From Planctomycetota bacterium (GTDB lineage Bacteria; Planctomycetota; UBA8108; SXIK01): 64,000 nt of DNA. The notes beneath the pieces were generated by a model. The model saw nothing but the letters and a program-made list of their open reading frames with translations, had not been told where the DNA came from and searched no databases. This document shows positions 1 through 9,976 of the stretch, piece by piece; the first letter of the stretch is position 1; each line of letters begins with the position of its first letter. The DNA lies in NCBI GenBank assembly GCA_965223265.1, contig OZ244999.1:1440001-1504000 (forward strand), written 5' to 3'. The translations under genes and the position numbers were made by a program.

Positions 1-1
1 G

Positions 2-418
2 CACGAAAAGGCGACTGAGATTTCGCACCTCGATGAGGTATGGGACGTCCTCGTCTAGCGTCGCTTGCAGCGGCAAGATCAGGTCTTGCCGAGCGAGCGC
101 TTGGTCGACGGCTCTGAGGTGGTGAGCGTTCGTTTCAAGCGTTTTGCGTGCTTTGGAAAGTGACCAGGGAAGGAAAACTCCTGCCTCCGGATCCTGAATG
201 TCAAACGGTTCGGATTCTTGAATAAGGTCATCAGGTATGACCACATCGCCCGCTGAGAAGTTGATGAAGCGAAATCCGTTGTCGGCGACTTGGCGACGCT
301 GAAGCATGAGATCGGAGACGTCTGGCGGCGCCTCGTCCCTTGTCAAGTAGATCCAAGTTCCGACGAGGAGGGCGGTGCAGCACAGGAGTCCGGTCAGAAG
401 GAGACGTCTTTTCGTCAT
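2..418 (-). CDS. Hypothetical membrane-anchored/secreted protein (partial, runs off window start)
   Basis: Hand-translated from ATG at 418: MTKRRLLLTGLLCCTALLVGTWIYLTRDEAPPDVSDL..., open to the window edge; N-terminal basic then hydrophobic segment. Not in the ORF track. Confidence 0.7.
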   Translation of the reverse strand, partial: MTKRRLLLTGLLCCTALLVGTWIYLTRDEAPPDVSDLMLQRRQVADNGFRFINFSAGDVVIPDDLIQESEPFDIQDPEAGVFLPWSLSKARKTLETNAHHLRAVDQALARQDLILPLQATLDEDVPYLIEVRNLSRLFV

Positions 419-510
419 GTGTGCGTTTGGTCCCGTAGACTTCTCAAGTAGTCTTTGCCCAGGTCGCTACCGCTATATCGTTGCTCGAATGCCGGTTCAA
501 AGAGCCCGAC

Positions 511-2187
511 CTATTCGGACTTCCCGCTGCGGTGGGATGCGATGACTTCTTCTTTTGTGAGCGCTCGGCCATACAAACGAACGTCGCTGACGCGCCCGTT
601 GAAGTAGTCGTGAGTTCCATATCCGATCTGCAGGGGAGCATCGTTTGAGAGGTCGTACTCTTCCGCGACGAATGGCGGCGACGTCGCCGCACGTGCGCCG
701 TCGACCCAGAGCTCGAGCCGATTGTGGCGACGAATCGCGACGATGTGACGCCACCCGGGAGCCAGCGCGTAGCCGCTCGAGGCGCTCTTTCCAGCCTCGA
801 GTGAGAGCACGCGTCCCGACGGCAAGACCCCTGCGTAGAGCCGGCCACGGTAGACTGCCATGTTCCAGACGCGGCGGTAGCGCACGTCCGGCGTCAAGTC
901 GAGGCGTCCCGTGCTCGTCCACTTGCGCACGCCATCGTAGCGATACACGTGCGCCAGCGGCAGCGTGCCTGCATAGAGCTTGCCATTGTAGACGGCCAAT
1001 CCCATGACTTCCCTCTCGTCTCCGAGGCGGCCGAGGTTTTCCCATTCGTTCGGTCTGACAAAGCGGTAGACGCTCGCGCCCGGCCAGGTGCTGACATGGA
1101 GGCTGCCGCGATAGACGGCGAATGCATATGTCTGAGTCTCTCCTGCCAGCTTGCCGACAACTTCCCACCTCTTGCCGTCATAGCGGTAGATTCCAGCTTC
1201 GTCGTATCCCGTGGCATAGATATGGCCGTTGTAGACCGCTAGACTCTCGACGCGGCGACCATTAGGGCTACCGCAGCTTTTCCAGGACGTGCCGCCTTCG
1301 TAGCGAAAGAGGCCGGGCGAGTACATCGCGGACACATAGAGGCGGCCGCGGTAGACCACCATGCCATTGAGAGCTTCGGCGTCTCCGAGTTTGCCGCAAT
1401 CGATCCAGCGCGCGCCGCCGGCATAGCGATAGACGCGGCCGCCTGGCGTCAGGTTTGGGGAGTCAGCGAGTGCCGAGCCGCCGGTTCGATAGCGTGACAC
1501 CGCTGCGTAGAGCTGGCCAAGGTGAACGGCCAGGCACGTGACCGCATTTGCCGGCAGCGGGCTGCCACAGTCGACCCACTGCTCGCCTCCGGCATATCGA
1601 TAGACATGGCCCGCCTCTTCTTTCCCTGGTTCGCAGGTGCCGACATAGAGTTTGTCGCGATAGACGACCATCGAAAACGGCAGGATGCTCTTTCCCGGCC
1701 TACCGCAGTCTCGCCAACCGGCGTCGATGCGAGCATTGTCGATACCAAAGTGCAGGTGGCGATCATTGGACTGGCTGCTCGTCATGCCGGCATGACTCTT
1801 GACGCCGAGAACGAATCCGCGGCGCGTCACAGGATCATATTTCGAGACGATGTCACCGATGACGTCATCGAGTGTTGCGTCGGTGTAGGCCCAAACCGAG
1901 ATCGAAAAGTCCGTGGCGCCAAGGTTGAGCCTGGCGGTATCGTTGACCTCGATATGGCCGTCGCGGCCGTCGAAACGCGCTGCGGTTCGCTCGCCGCCGC
2001 TCGGGCCCGAGGCGTCGAAATCGACTTCTCTCCCCCTGGGCAGTACGGTGCCGTGATGTCCATGGCCGGAGTGGTCGCGCGCGTCGCCGTGGAGGGGCCA
2101 GTGCGCGATCGGATCGGCGGCAAACAGGGTCAGAGCCGTGGCTAAGACGAAGGTTAGAGAGACGAGTGGGTCAGCCTTCATCTTCAT
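511..2187 (-). CDS. Secreted LamG-like jellyroll protein with inserted beta-propeller
   Basis: Signal peptide after MKMKADP (start moved from 2310). LamG N-half (HWPLHGDARD..ARFDG..DFSISVW), repeated xxYxGxLYxGT blades, LamG C-half (WRHIVA..LWVDG..LQIG..FNGRVSDVRLYGRAL). Confidence 0.8.
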   Translation of the reverse strand: MKMKADPLVSLTFVLATALTLFAADPIAHWPLHGDARDHSGHGHHGTVLPRGREVDFDASGPSGGERTAARFDGRDGHIEVNDTARLNLGATDFSISVWAYTDATLDDVIGDIVSKYDPVTRRGFVLGVKSHAGMTSSQSNDRHLHFGIDNARIDAGWRDCGRPGKSILPFSMVVYRDKLYVGTCEPGKEEAGHVYRYAGGEQWVDCGSPLPANAVTCLAVHLGQLYAAVSRYRTGGSALADSPNLTPGGRVYRYAGGARWIDCGKLGDAEALNGMVVYRGRLYVSAMYSPGLFRYEGGTSWKSCGSPNGRRVESLAVYNGHIYATGYDEAGIYRYDGKRWEVVGKLAGETQTYAFAVYRGSLHVSTWPGASVYRFVRPNEWENLGRLGDEREVMGLAVYNGKLYAGTLPLAHVYRYDGVRKWTSTGRLDLTPDVRYRRVWNMAVYRGRLYAGVLPSGRVLSLEAGKSASSGYALAPGWRHIVAIRRHNRLELWVDGARAATSPPFVAEEYDLSNDAPLQIGYGTHDYFNGRVSDVRLYGRALTKEEVIASHRSGKSE

Positions 2188-2470
2188 GGATCTGTAGCTC
2201 TGCGAAGGGGCATTCCGGGAGATGCGGCGCACATCGGCCTGGACGGACGACTTCCCAGCGAAAATGGATGCAGACCAGCGGAGGGTATCAGGCTCAGATC
2301 GACGCATCAAGGCACGCTGCGTGCGGTCGTGCAGTCTCCGACTCTACAGTTGCGTAAGTTTTCGCAGGAAGGGCTTAGAAACCCTTTCCCGGACGTTCGA
2401 TCGGCAGTTGAAGGACGTCGCGGCGGACTTCACGTTTGGTGAGGTTTGCCGGTGTGTCGTGTTCCCCCTT

Positions 2471-2550
2471 GCCCACGCGCACGCCCACTCCCACTCCCAC
2501 GGTCACGGTCACGGTCACGGTCACGCACACGGTCACGCCCACGCCCACGT
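2471..2550. repeat. Intergenic imperfect hexamer repeat (CACNNN)n
   Basis: cacgcg cacgcc cactcc cactcc cacggt x4 cacgca cacggt cacgcc cacgcc cacgtc; about 13 units. Confidence 0.85.
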
Positions 2551-2652
2551 CTTAAGGCGCGTCTCTTTCGCAACGTTGGGGTCCGACTCTACCTGATCGC
2601 GCGGTTGCCGATCGCACGCGATTCGATTCCCGATAGCGAAATGGGTGTTGGG

Positions 2653-3948
2653 TCAAGCCCGCCGCTGAGTACGCTTCGCGGGGCGCCTCTTCTTAGTGGA
2701 CGGTGCGTGGCGCCGCACCGATTCGCTGTCGCTTCCACACAGCGTACCGAGTGTTACCTCGGGTGACTCTCCACCCTCATCGTGTTTTAGATAGACGAAC
2801 ACATCTTTCTTCGCCTTTTGCAGCTCTACGAACCATGTACGCCAAGAAGTGAGGTCAGCGTCGTCGTATCCGTCACGACGCAGGCGTACGTAAGCGAACT
2901 CAGACGTTGTCAAGCGCGGCATCGAGAGCTTCTCGTCGTCGTGGACGACCAGCGCTACCTGACCGTCAGAGAGACACGCCCACGTCGCATCGTCGAACCA
3001 GCTCTCATGGCGGAACTCGATCGCGTATCGAATTCCTGACGGCAAGCAGGCGACGAAGTCGGCAAGGAGCGCGTCATCACGCTTTAAAGTTGGAGGCAGC
3101 TGAAAAAGGATCGACCCAAGACGTTCGCCAAGGGTTTCGCACCGCTCCACGAAGCTGGCGGTTACGTCCTCGACGTTTTTTAGTCGTGACCTATGCGTGA
3201 TGCGTTGGTTCGCCTTGACCGCGAAAAGAAAACCGTCCGGAGTCTGCGCCGCCCAGTCCGCCAGCGCTTTCTCGGAAGGGAAACGATAGAACGTGTTATT
3301 GATCTCGACGGTATCAAAGCGTGTCGAGTAGTAGGAGAGAAAGTCGCCGACGGCGAGGTCTTCGGGGTAGAAAGACCCCTTCCACTCCTTATACGAATAG
3401 CCCGAGGTTCCCGGACGCAGGCGGCCGGAGGAGGCCGGTAGCGGCGCTGGCACCGTAGATGATTTCGAACGCACCGATGGAGCGAACTTGCGGCCGCTTT
3501 TGCGGCGTTCGATCGAAGCAAGAATTCGCTCCTCGGTTTTTTTGCCGAAGCCGCGGAGTTCGCTGACGCGTCCGGCGCGAGCGGCAGCTTCGAGCGCAGC
3601 GAGACTGTCGACGTCGAGTTCGGTCCACAGCGCTCGGACCTTCTTGGGGCCGATCCCCGAGAGCGTGAGCAACTCGGGTAGGCCTTCCGGGACCAAGCCG
3701 CGGATGCGTTCGTGCTCACCCGATCTTCCGCTCCGGACGAGCTCGCTGATGATGCTCGTCAGTCCTTTGCCAGTTCCCCTTAGACTGCTGAGCGAACCGT
3801 CCTCAACGGCGGCGGCGAGATCTCCTTCCCACTCGTCGAGGCTGCGACCGGCGTTGCGGTACGCCATGATCTCGAAGGTGTTCGCCTCGGCAATCTCGAG
3901 AAGGTCTCCCATCTCCTTGAGGGTCCGGATGACTTCGTCCTTGTTCAC
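2653..3948 (-). CDS. Fusion of PolX-type N-terminal helix-hairpin-helix domains with a DUF72 (YecE-like) domain
   Basis: GTG at 3948 with GGAGGA RBS. NKDEVIRTLKEMGDLLEI..AYRNA..GIGPKKVRALW..GFGKKTEERIL (PolX N-terminus), then GTSGYSY..W..FYP..VEINNTFY..FAVKA..ITH..FQLPP..EFRHESWF..YVRLR (DUF72). Confidence 0.88.
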   Translation of the reverse strand: MNKDEVIRTLKEMGDLLEIAEANTFEIMAYRNAGRSLDEWEGDLAAAVEDGSLSSLRGTGKGLTSIISELVRSGRSGEHERIRGLVPEGLPELLTLSGIGPKKVRALWTELDVDSLAALEAAARAGRVSELRGFGKKTEERILASIERRKSGRKFAPSVRSKSSTVPAPLPASSGRLRPGTSGYSYKEWKGSFYPEDLAVGDFLSYYSTRFDTVEINNTFYRFPSEKALADWAAQTPDGFLFAVKANQRITHRSRLKNVEDVTASFVERCETLGERLGSILFQLPPTLKRDDALLADFVACLPSGIRYAIEFRHESWFDDATWACLSDGQVALVVHDDEKLSMPRLTTSEFAYVRLRRDGYDDADLTSWRTWFVELQKAKKDVFVYLKHDEGGESPEVTLGTLCGSDSESVRRHAPSTKKRRPAKRTQRRA

Positions 3949-4234
3949 CTTTCGAGTCCTCCGTGCGGCGAGACCGTGATGCAGCGCGTCGCGGAATTGG
4001 TCGTGTGTATCGAACGACGAAGCGCGCCGAGCGGTTTGTCCTGTGACAACAATTCGGACAAACAGATCCCTCCAAGTGTGCCAGTGGTGGGGTGATTTTC
4101 CCAGCCTGCGGATGTTTTCGGATGGCGCATGGCGCCGCGTTAAGCGCTGATCGAGTGCAGAGGGGGCAAAGCACAGCCTGTTCGATGCGCCACTCTGCCG
4201 CTGCGAGTGATCAAGAGCGCGCAACAGGTGCGCG

Positions 4235-5743
4235 CTATTCGTCGTACCAGTACGAAAACAGACTGCCTCGAGAGAGCGCAAAGCGCAGGCTGACCTGCTG
4301 GCCCTCGTGCGCAGCCGACCGATCCTTTGTCCACTTCACAGGCGCTCGGTGGAGATCGCCGCTCAGCGGCTCGGATCTGACGACGACTGAGCCGGCAACC
4401 AGCACCTCCACGCGCAGGTGGCCGCGTACGATAGCGTTGACGCGCAGCGTTCCACCCGGCGAGAGGAACGGCTTCGTCTCGACGACGCCCTCCACGTTAG
4501 TCGCGTCGAGCGACACGAATCCATCGCGTCGTAGCACGGCCAAACAGACGGCGCCGGCTTTTTCGTCTGCGTTCTCAGGTCGCGCGCGATACTTGATCCC
4601 CGTGTAGTAAAACCAAAGTTCGTCGCCACGCTCCACTGGTGCGCTCGGGCCAATCAGTTGCGTTAGGTCATAGGCGCCTTCGCCCACGGGCGAAGGTCCG
4701 ATGAATGTGCCCCGATTGCCAAGGCGAGTGAACGTCTTGAGATCCCGACTACACACCAGCTGGATCAAGTGAAAGCCGTCCTTGTTCCAACGATTGTCAT
4801 TGGAGTGGAACATCGCGGGAGTGCCGATGTAGAGACCTTCGTAACGAAACAGCCCCATGTTGTAGACGTCGACTTTGGGTTTGGCGGTTTTTCCCTTGTA
4901 CGTGTCGCGAATGTCCCACAGCGGTCGCTGCATTTGTAGTTTGGAGTTGGCGCGACGTGCCTCGATGTGTCGCCGGCCAAGCTCCTGGTCGAGCTCGTCG
5001 GCGTGAAAGATCATGGTCGGCTCGGTCCAATTCTCGAAATCCTTGCTGGTCGAAAGGTGCACGGAGCGGCCGTAGGGTCCGGGATGCTTGACCGTCAGAA
5101 TGAACAAGCGCTCTCGATGATCCAGCGAAAGATTGGACTCGTCTTGGCTAGGAATGGGAGGAACATCGAGCAGCTCCCATCGCACGCCATCCGCGCTCAC
5201 CATGGGACGGCGCCCGAAGGCACCGAGGAGGCCCTTGTAGCGCCGCCCGGGATCGGGATCGAACGGGTCGTAGACGACGTTCTCGATGGCGTTTTCCGGC
5301 CACTGCATTTTCGGGTCGAGCGCGATGAAGTTGTTTTCCCGCGAGCCCTGTAGCTCCCACTGCAGGAGCGTGGGCTTCGTCCACTGCACGCCATCGGCAC
5401 TTGTGGCGAAGGTGGCGCCCGCGACTCCTGGCAGATTCGTGGAGGTGATCAGCCAGAGCTTGAAGACGTTTTCTTTCACCTCCCACGCAGGGACGCATCG
5501 CGTCTGCAGCGATGTCTCCCATGGCTTGTCTGGGAGGACAACCGCACCTCTCTTCGTCGGCTGATGCAGAGTCCTCACCAGGTCACGCATGCCAGCGAGG
5601 CCCATGTCGTCGAGAAAGAGCTGGCGCTCGCCGGGCACGACCACGAACTCTGGTTCAGCGGCGCCGGCAGTGCACGGCAACGACAGTGTCAGGAGGCAAT
5701 GCAACAGCAACAGAGCTGGCAGCGGGGCATCAGCGGGACGCAT
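4235..5743 (-). CDS. Secreted five-bladed beta-propeller glycoside hydrolase-like protein (GH32/43-like fold)
   Basis: Signal peptide; RQLFLDD, SxDGxxW repeats, ELWFYYTG, LRRDGFVSL, C-terminal LRF..LFSYW. Confidence 0.7.
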   Translation of the reverse strand: MRPADAPLPALLLLHCLLTLSLPCTAGAAEPEFVVVPGERQLFLDDMGLAGMRDLVRTLHQPTKRGAVVLPDKPWETSLQTRCVPAWEVKENVFKLWLITSTNLPGVAGATFATSADGVQWTKPTLLQWELQGSRENNFIALDPKMQWPENAIENVVYDPFDPDPGRRYKGLLGAFGRRPMVSADGVRWELLDVPPIPSQDESNLSLDHRERLFILTVKHPGPYGRSVHLSTSKDFENWTEPTMIFHADELDQELGRRHIEARRANSKLQMQRPLWDIRDTYKGKTAKPKVDVYNMGLFRYEGLYIGTPAMFHSNDNRWNKDGFHLIQLVCSRDLKTFTRLGNRGTFIGPSPVGEGAYDLTQLIGPSAPVERGDELWFYYTGIKYRARPENADEKAGAVCLAVLRRDGFVSLDATNVEGVVETKPFLSPGGTLRVNAIVRGHLRVEVLVAGSVVVRSEPLSGDLHRAPVKWTKDRSAAHEGQQVSLRFALSRGSLFSYWYDE

Positions 5744-5908
5744 ACGATCAATCTCTCGCCACGGGGAAGGATCCACGATTGGATCACGAACTTCGGCAAT
5801 AGAGTACCAAAGTCTTGGCGCGTTCGATGCGTGGACGCGGCCGACGACTTGGTGACGGGATCGCCACCGATCGTACCAGAGTTTGTTCCGTTCGCCGCGG
5901 GATTCCGC

Positions 5909-6987
5909 TCAGCGCAGTACGCGCCGGAAGAGTCCGCCGCTCTCGCTGGTCAGCGTGCGGAGGAAATTTTCTCGGGCGCTATTGAGGTCGAGCACCGCGA
6001 CCGCGTGAATGCGTGCTTCGGCGTTCTGATTCTCCTCGCGCACGAACTCGATCGTCTGACTCAGCAGCCTGTTGAAAAAGTGCTTCGAGTCGAAAACTGG
6101 TCGCTTCGCGTCCAGATCGGCCGCGGCGAACGTAGGTAATCTCCGAGATTTTCGAGGCTCGCCGCGGTCGATCTGGGCGTGAAGAGGCCAGTTTCTCGGC
6201 CGAATGACTTTTTCAACGGGCTGTCAGGTGAGCAAACTCAGTGTTACCTTGGCAATGTCCAGAACCGGGCCCTATGTGGACGATGGCGATGCGTTCGCCG
6301 GCGGCGTTGGACGCGAACTTGAATGCCGTCGAGAATCCTCGTTGCGGGCACGTCCCTCCTCCTCCGGGCATTGCCTCGATGAAGCTGATGGCCGCAGCCC
6401 GATTCTCTGGCATAGACGTCGCCGGCGCGTCTTCACTCGGGAACTGATGCAGGCCGGCGTCATAGAACGCAACGCCGAACTCGAAATCGCCTTCACGGTT
6501 TTCGATGAATCGAATCATCTCCTGCTTGGCAATCGATAGCTCGCCAGAATTTTGCATCGCCCCGGCGCGATCGACGACAAAGATGACGGTGTCGGCGATG
6601 ACCGGGATTCCATAGATCGGCGTCGTGCACGGCGCGAACTCCGCGCAGGAGAGGGCGCTGTCCGGACGGTTCACGTTGCAGAACGGGTATGGCGCGGGTG
6701 GAGGCTCGCCGGACTGAAAGATGAAGGCGAGCAGGTAGACCGCATCGCTCAGTTGGAGGTCGTCATCGCCGTTGGCGTCCGCCGCGGCTTCGCACGTCAG
6801 CGCCGCGGCCTCGCCGGCGAACAGCGAGCGCAGGATTTGAATGGCGTCGGAGACGTTCAGGCTACCGTCGGCGTTGACGTCGCCGCGGACGAAGGACTCT
6901 TGGGCCTGCGCAGCCGCTGGCAGCGCGAGCAAGAGGGCCAGCAGAACGGCTGAGAACACATCACGGAATCGGACAGGTCGTTACCAT
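5909..6987 (-). pseudogene. Dockerin-like + VWA domain protein, interrupted by a MITE and a 5' frameshift
   Basis: ORF 6213-6959 carries FVRGDVNADG..SDAI dockerin and VIFVVDRAGAM VWA start. Removing 6065-6227 restores the frame: AHLSQTIEFVREENQNAEARIHAVAV..FLRTLTSESGGLFRRVLR* (stop 5909-5911). The ATG at 6987 with AAAGGAG RBS is 1 nt out of frame. Confidence 0.85.
6065..6223. mobile_element. 159-bp palindromic MITE with TCAG target-site duplication
   Basis: TIRs CAGCCTGTTGAAAAAGT (6065-6081) and ACTTTTTCAACGGGCTG (6207-6223), 16/17 match. Arms are complementary over ~65 bp. TCAG at 6061-6064 and 6224-6227. Confidence 0.9.
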
Positions 6988-8002
6988 GGGCGTCTCCTTT
7001 GCGGGCGGCGACCGACGGGGACGGTCGCGCGTAGGTTCATTCTCTCGCACGACGTTGCAGCAAAACGCACGCCCCTAAGGCGTAACATCGTAACTTGTGT
7101 GTCGGTCGATGGGTACACCGACAGTGTGCCGCACACGCTGTAAAGCGAGTCTTACAACTGTCCCTGCGACGTCCCTGCGGAGGTCGAGGGGTTCAATGTG
7201 TTGACGCCCACGGGTGTGCCAGGCACGCATGTTGACGCCCGTTCGCGGTATTCACCACCGATGAAAACAACCCCCGAATCGTCGCGGTTCTACGAGTTGG
7301 CTACCTGGTCCCTCGGAGTCGAGTCAGACCGATTTGGCGGAACCGACTTTCATGAACGTGACGACGGACGGCACGGGCGCGGTGGAACATCGAGAAAACG
7401 CCGATTCTCTTGCCGAGCCCACAGAGAGCGGCGGTCTGATCGCATTCGAGGTTTCGACCTTTGGAGGAGCTGGCGGAATTCCACCCCGGCGCTCTACTTC
7501 CGTCCGTCGCGGCACGCTTCGCGTGCGGACTCATTGCCGCTCGCGGGCCCCTCCCTGCCGCGTCGGCCTCCCACCCTACAACTGACCTCGCTGCGCACGG
7601 GCGGCGATCACGGTCGCCTCGCTTGACTTAGTGGTCGTTGGTCTGTACCGCGCACAACCTTCTTGAGCTCGCCCGGGCCTGAGGAGGACGCCCTCCGGTC
7701 TTCAGGCGGATTCGGCGATCCAGACAGATTCTGACGACCGAGACTGAGATCGATCACGGCTTCCGAGCAACGGAGGCCGCATTCCGATTCCGAGATGGAG
7801 TAGATGGAGTCGGACGCCAGGTTCTTGCGCAGGCTCCTAGGGATGATGTGTGTTCTTCCTCGGCGAAATCCATCGGAGGAATGTGCGAATGGCGAGCAGG
7901 GCAATGGTGAGCCGTGAGGAGAAGCGGCGAGCGACAACGCCGCCGTACGCTACGTCGTACGCTAGGAATGCGCCGGCGCAGTGAATCGCACGACTTCGGC
8001 CT

Positions 8003-9976
8003 CTACTTTTGAATCGTCACGGTCGCCGGCGCGCTCATTGCAGACAGCTTTCCGGAGCTGCTCTCGGCGGCTACCACGAAGGAGTACGTGCCGGGATCCT
8101 GGAGCCACCGCGCTGCGAAGGAATTACCGAATGATGACCTGAAATAGCGAGGGATCGGGTCCTCGTCGAAAAAGACTCGGTAGAGCTCAACGTCGGCCGA
8201 TGGCGAGGCGTCCCAGCTGAGAGTGAGGTGAAGCTTTCCCTTGCTGGTGTACGACGAACCCGTGAGTCCTGTGGGTGGTTCAGGCGGGACGCTGACGCTG
8301 TCGACGACGAGTCGGCCGAAATCATCCACTGGGAAGTGGTGCGGCGAGACACCGTCGTCGTCAGCTGCGTCGACATAGAAGACGTATGCACCGTCGGCGG
8401 CTCCACCGGGATTCACCGTTAAGGCTACTCTGGTGCTTTCACCCGGACTCAGAGTCACTGTCGCCTGATCGAACGTTGCCGTCATTCCAGCCGGAACGCC
8501 CCTCGTGCTCAAGGTCCACGTCGACGGCGGCGTGTCCGGGCCGTCGTGGTTGGCGAGGGTCACGGAGTAGAGCGAAGGGTCGTTCGGGCCCACAGTGTTG
8601 CCGAAGAGGTCGCCGTTGAGGCTGCGCACATCGAAACCAGGTGTCTTAACGTCGAACGTCGCCTCGATCTGAACATCGAAGTCAACCCACGAGCCGTCCG
8701 CGGCACGCTCGACCTGAGTCACCGTGATGCCATTGACGGGGTCGACAAAACTCTCGCCGTCGGCAAGGGTGGTGACGTATCCGGTGACCGTTCCCGAGGA
8801 GCCCGAGTACCAGTGGACACTGACGCCCTGCTTGTAACTCGCGGCGAGGTTGGTGTCATAGGATGTATCGTCGCGTAGCGATAGATAGTAGGTGCGTTCG
8901 ATGTCGCCACGCGGGATCTTGAGGATTTGCGGGTCGGTGGCGTCACCCTGATCCCACGCCAAGGGCGCTAACACGTAGCTGTAGAGGCCGGGGGTTGTGG
9001 GGACGTTTTGAATGGCGCTGCCGCCACGGTACCCCATCGCTTCGTTGTGCGGCGCGTTGAGGAAGATGTTGCGGTAGGATGCACCCATGAAGCAGGAGCC
9101 GTCGCCGTAGGCGCTGTTGATTGAGCCATCGTTGTCGGCATCCGAGCCGGCGTGGTGCATGCCGAGCGTGTGCCCGAGCTCGTGAACGAAGACGAAGACG
9201 TGAGCAAAGTTGATCCAGGCTTCGTCGCCGTTGAGTTCGGCGACGCCTCCGAAGCTGCAGCCGTTGTTCGAATGGCCCGTGAGGATGTAGATATAGCGAT
9301 CACGGTTGTTCAAACGCAAACCGGCGTCTTCTGCGAGAGCGCGTGCGGCGTTCGACCAGCTGCGGTAGCTACACGAACCCGCGCCACTCGCGGCGACGTC
9401 GAACGGGCCGTAGACGTCGGCTGCGCCGTCACCATCGGAGTCGCGCACGAAGTTGACCTTGCCGCGTGAGTCTTGCACATAGATGTCCTGTGTCGAGTCG
9501 ACGGGCCCCCACATCATGTCTTCCGCTTCGGCCGCAGTCAGGAGCGAATCGGCGTCGAGAAGGTTGATCAGGATCACCGCGACGGACAGGGGACCGCCAC
9601 CACCGCCACCACCACCACCTTTCTTGCCGCCACCTCCGCCGCCGCCTCCGCCACCGGGCCCCATCTCAAGGACGGTGACCTCTTTGACGCCGAGGCGGCG
9701 ACCGGGAAGCTGCGACGCCAGGACCCGCACGCGCTGTCCTGTCTGGAGATCGACCGGCGGACGTTCGGGGAACTCGAGGTGGAAAGGCAAATCCTCGCCT
9801 GGAACCAGAAGCTCGTGAATCGTCTCCACACGAGCGTTCTCAAAGTCGTCACCGAACACGATCGTGAGAACGCCTTCGACCCTGACCGGATGGCCGGCCA
9901 TGGTTGACGCGTGCGTAAAGAGAAGCACACCGACGCAAATGATTCCCGAACGCAAGATGGTCGTTCGCGGCCTCAT
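8003..9976 (-). CDS. Secreted zinc metalloprotease (M11 gametolysin-like) with C-terminal Ig/FN3-like domains
   Basis: GGAGG RBS, signal peptide, poly-Gly linker, HELGHTLGMHH zinc motif, YGDGSCFMG Met-turn, NAPH motif. Confidence 0.82.
   Translation of the reverse strand: MRPRTTILRSGIICVGVLLFTHASTMAGHPVRVEGVLTIVFGDDFENARVETIHELLVPGEDLPFHLEFPERPPVDLQTGQRVRVLASQLPGRRLGVKEVTVLEMGPGGGGGGGGGGKKGGGGGGGGGPLSVAVILINLLDADSLLTAAEAEDMMWGPVDSTQDIYVQDSRGKVNFVRDSDGDGAADVYGPFDVAASGAGSCSYRSWSNAARALAEDAGLRLNNRDRYIYILTGHSNNGCSFGGVAELNGDEAWINFAHVFVFVHELGHTLGMHHAGSDADNDGSINSAYGDGSCFMGASYRNIFLNAPHNEAMGYRGGSAIQNVPTTPGLYSYVLAPLAWDQGDATDPQILKIPRGDIERTYYLSLRDDTSYDTNLAASYKQGVSVHWYSGSSGTVTGYVTTLADGESFVDPVNGITVTQVERAADGSWVDFDVQIEATFDVKTPGFDVRSLNGDLFGNTVGPNDPSLYSVTLANHDGPDTPPSTWTLSTRGVPAGMTATFDQATVTLSPGESTRVALTVNPGGAADGAYVFYVDAADDDGVSPHHFPVDDFGRLVVDSVSVPPEPPTGLTGSSYTSKGKLHLTLSWDASPSADVELYRVFFDEDPIPRYFRSSFGNSFAARWLQDPGTYSFVVAAESSSGKLSAMSAPATVTIQK

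Noticed and set aside
2222-2596. His-rich 124-aa ORF
   Set aside because: The His run arises from the hexamer repeat, the remainder looks non-coding, and there is no RBS.
7140-7990. Short ORFs and small direct repeats (TGTTGACGCCC x2) in an ~850-bp gap
   Set aside because: No recognisable protein or RNA motif; cannot support a call.
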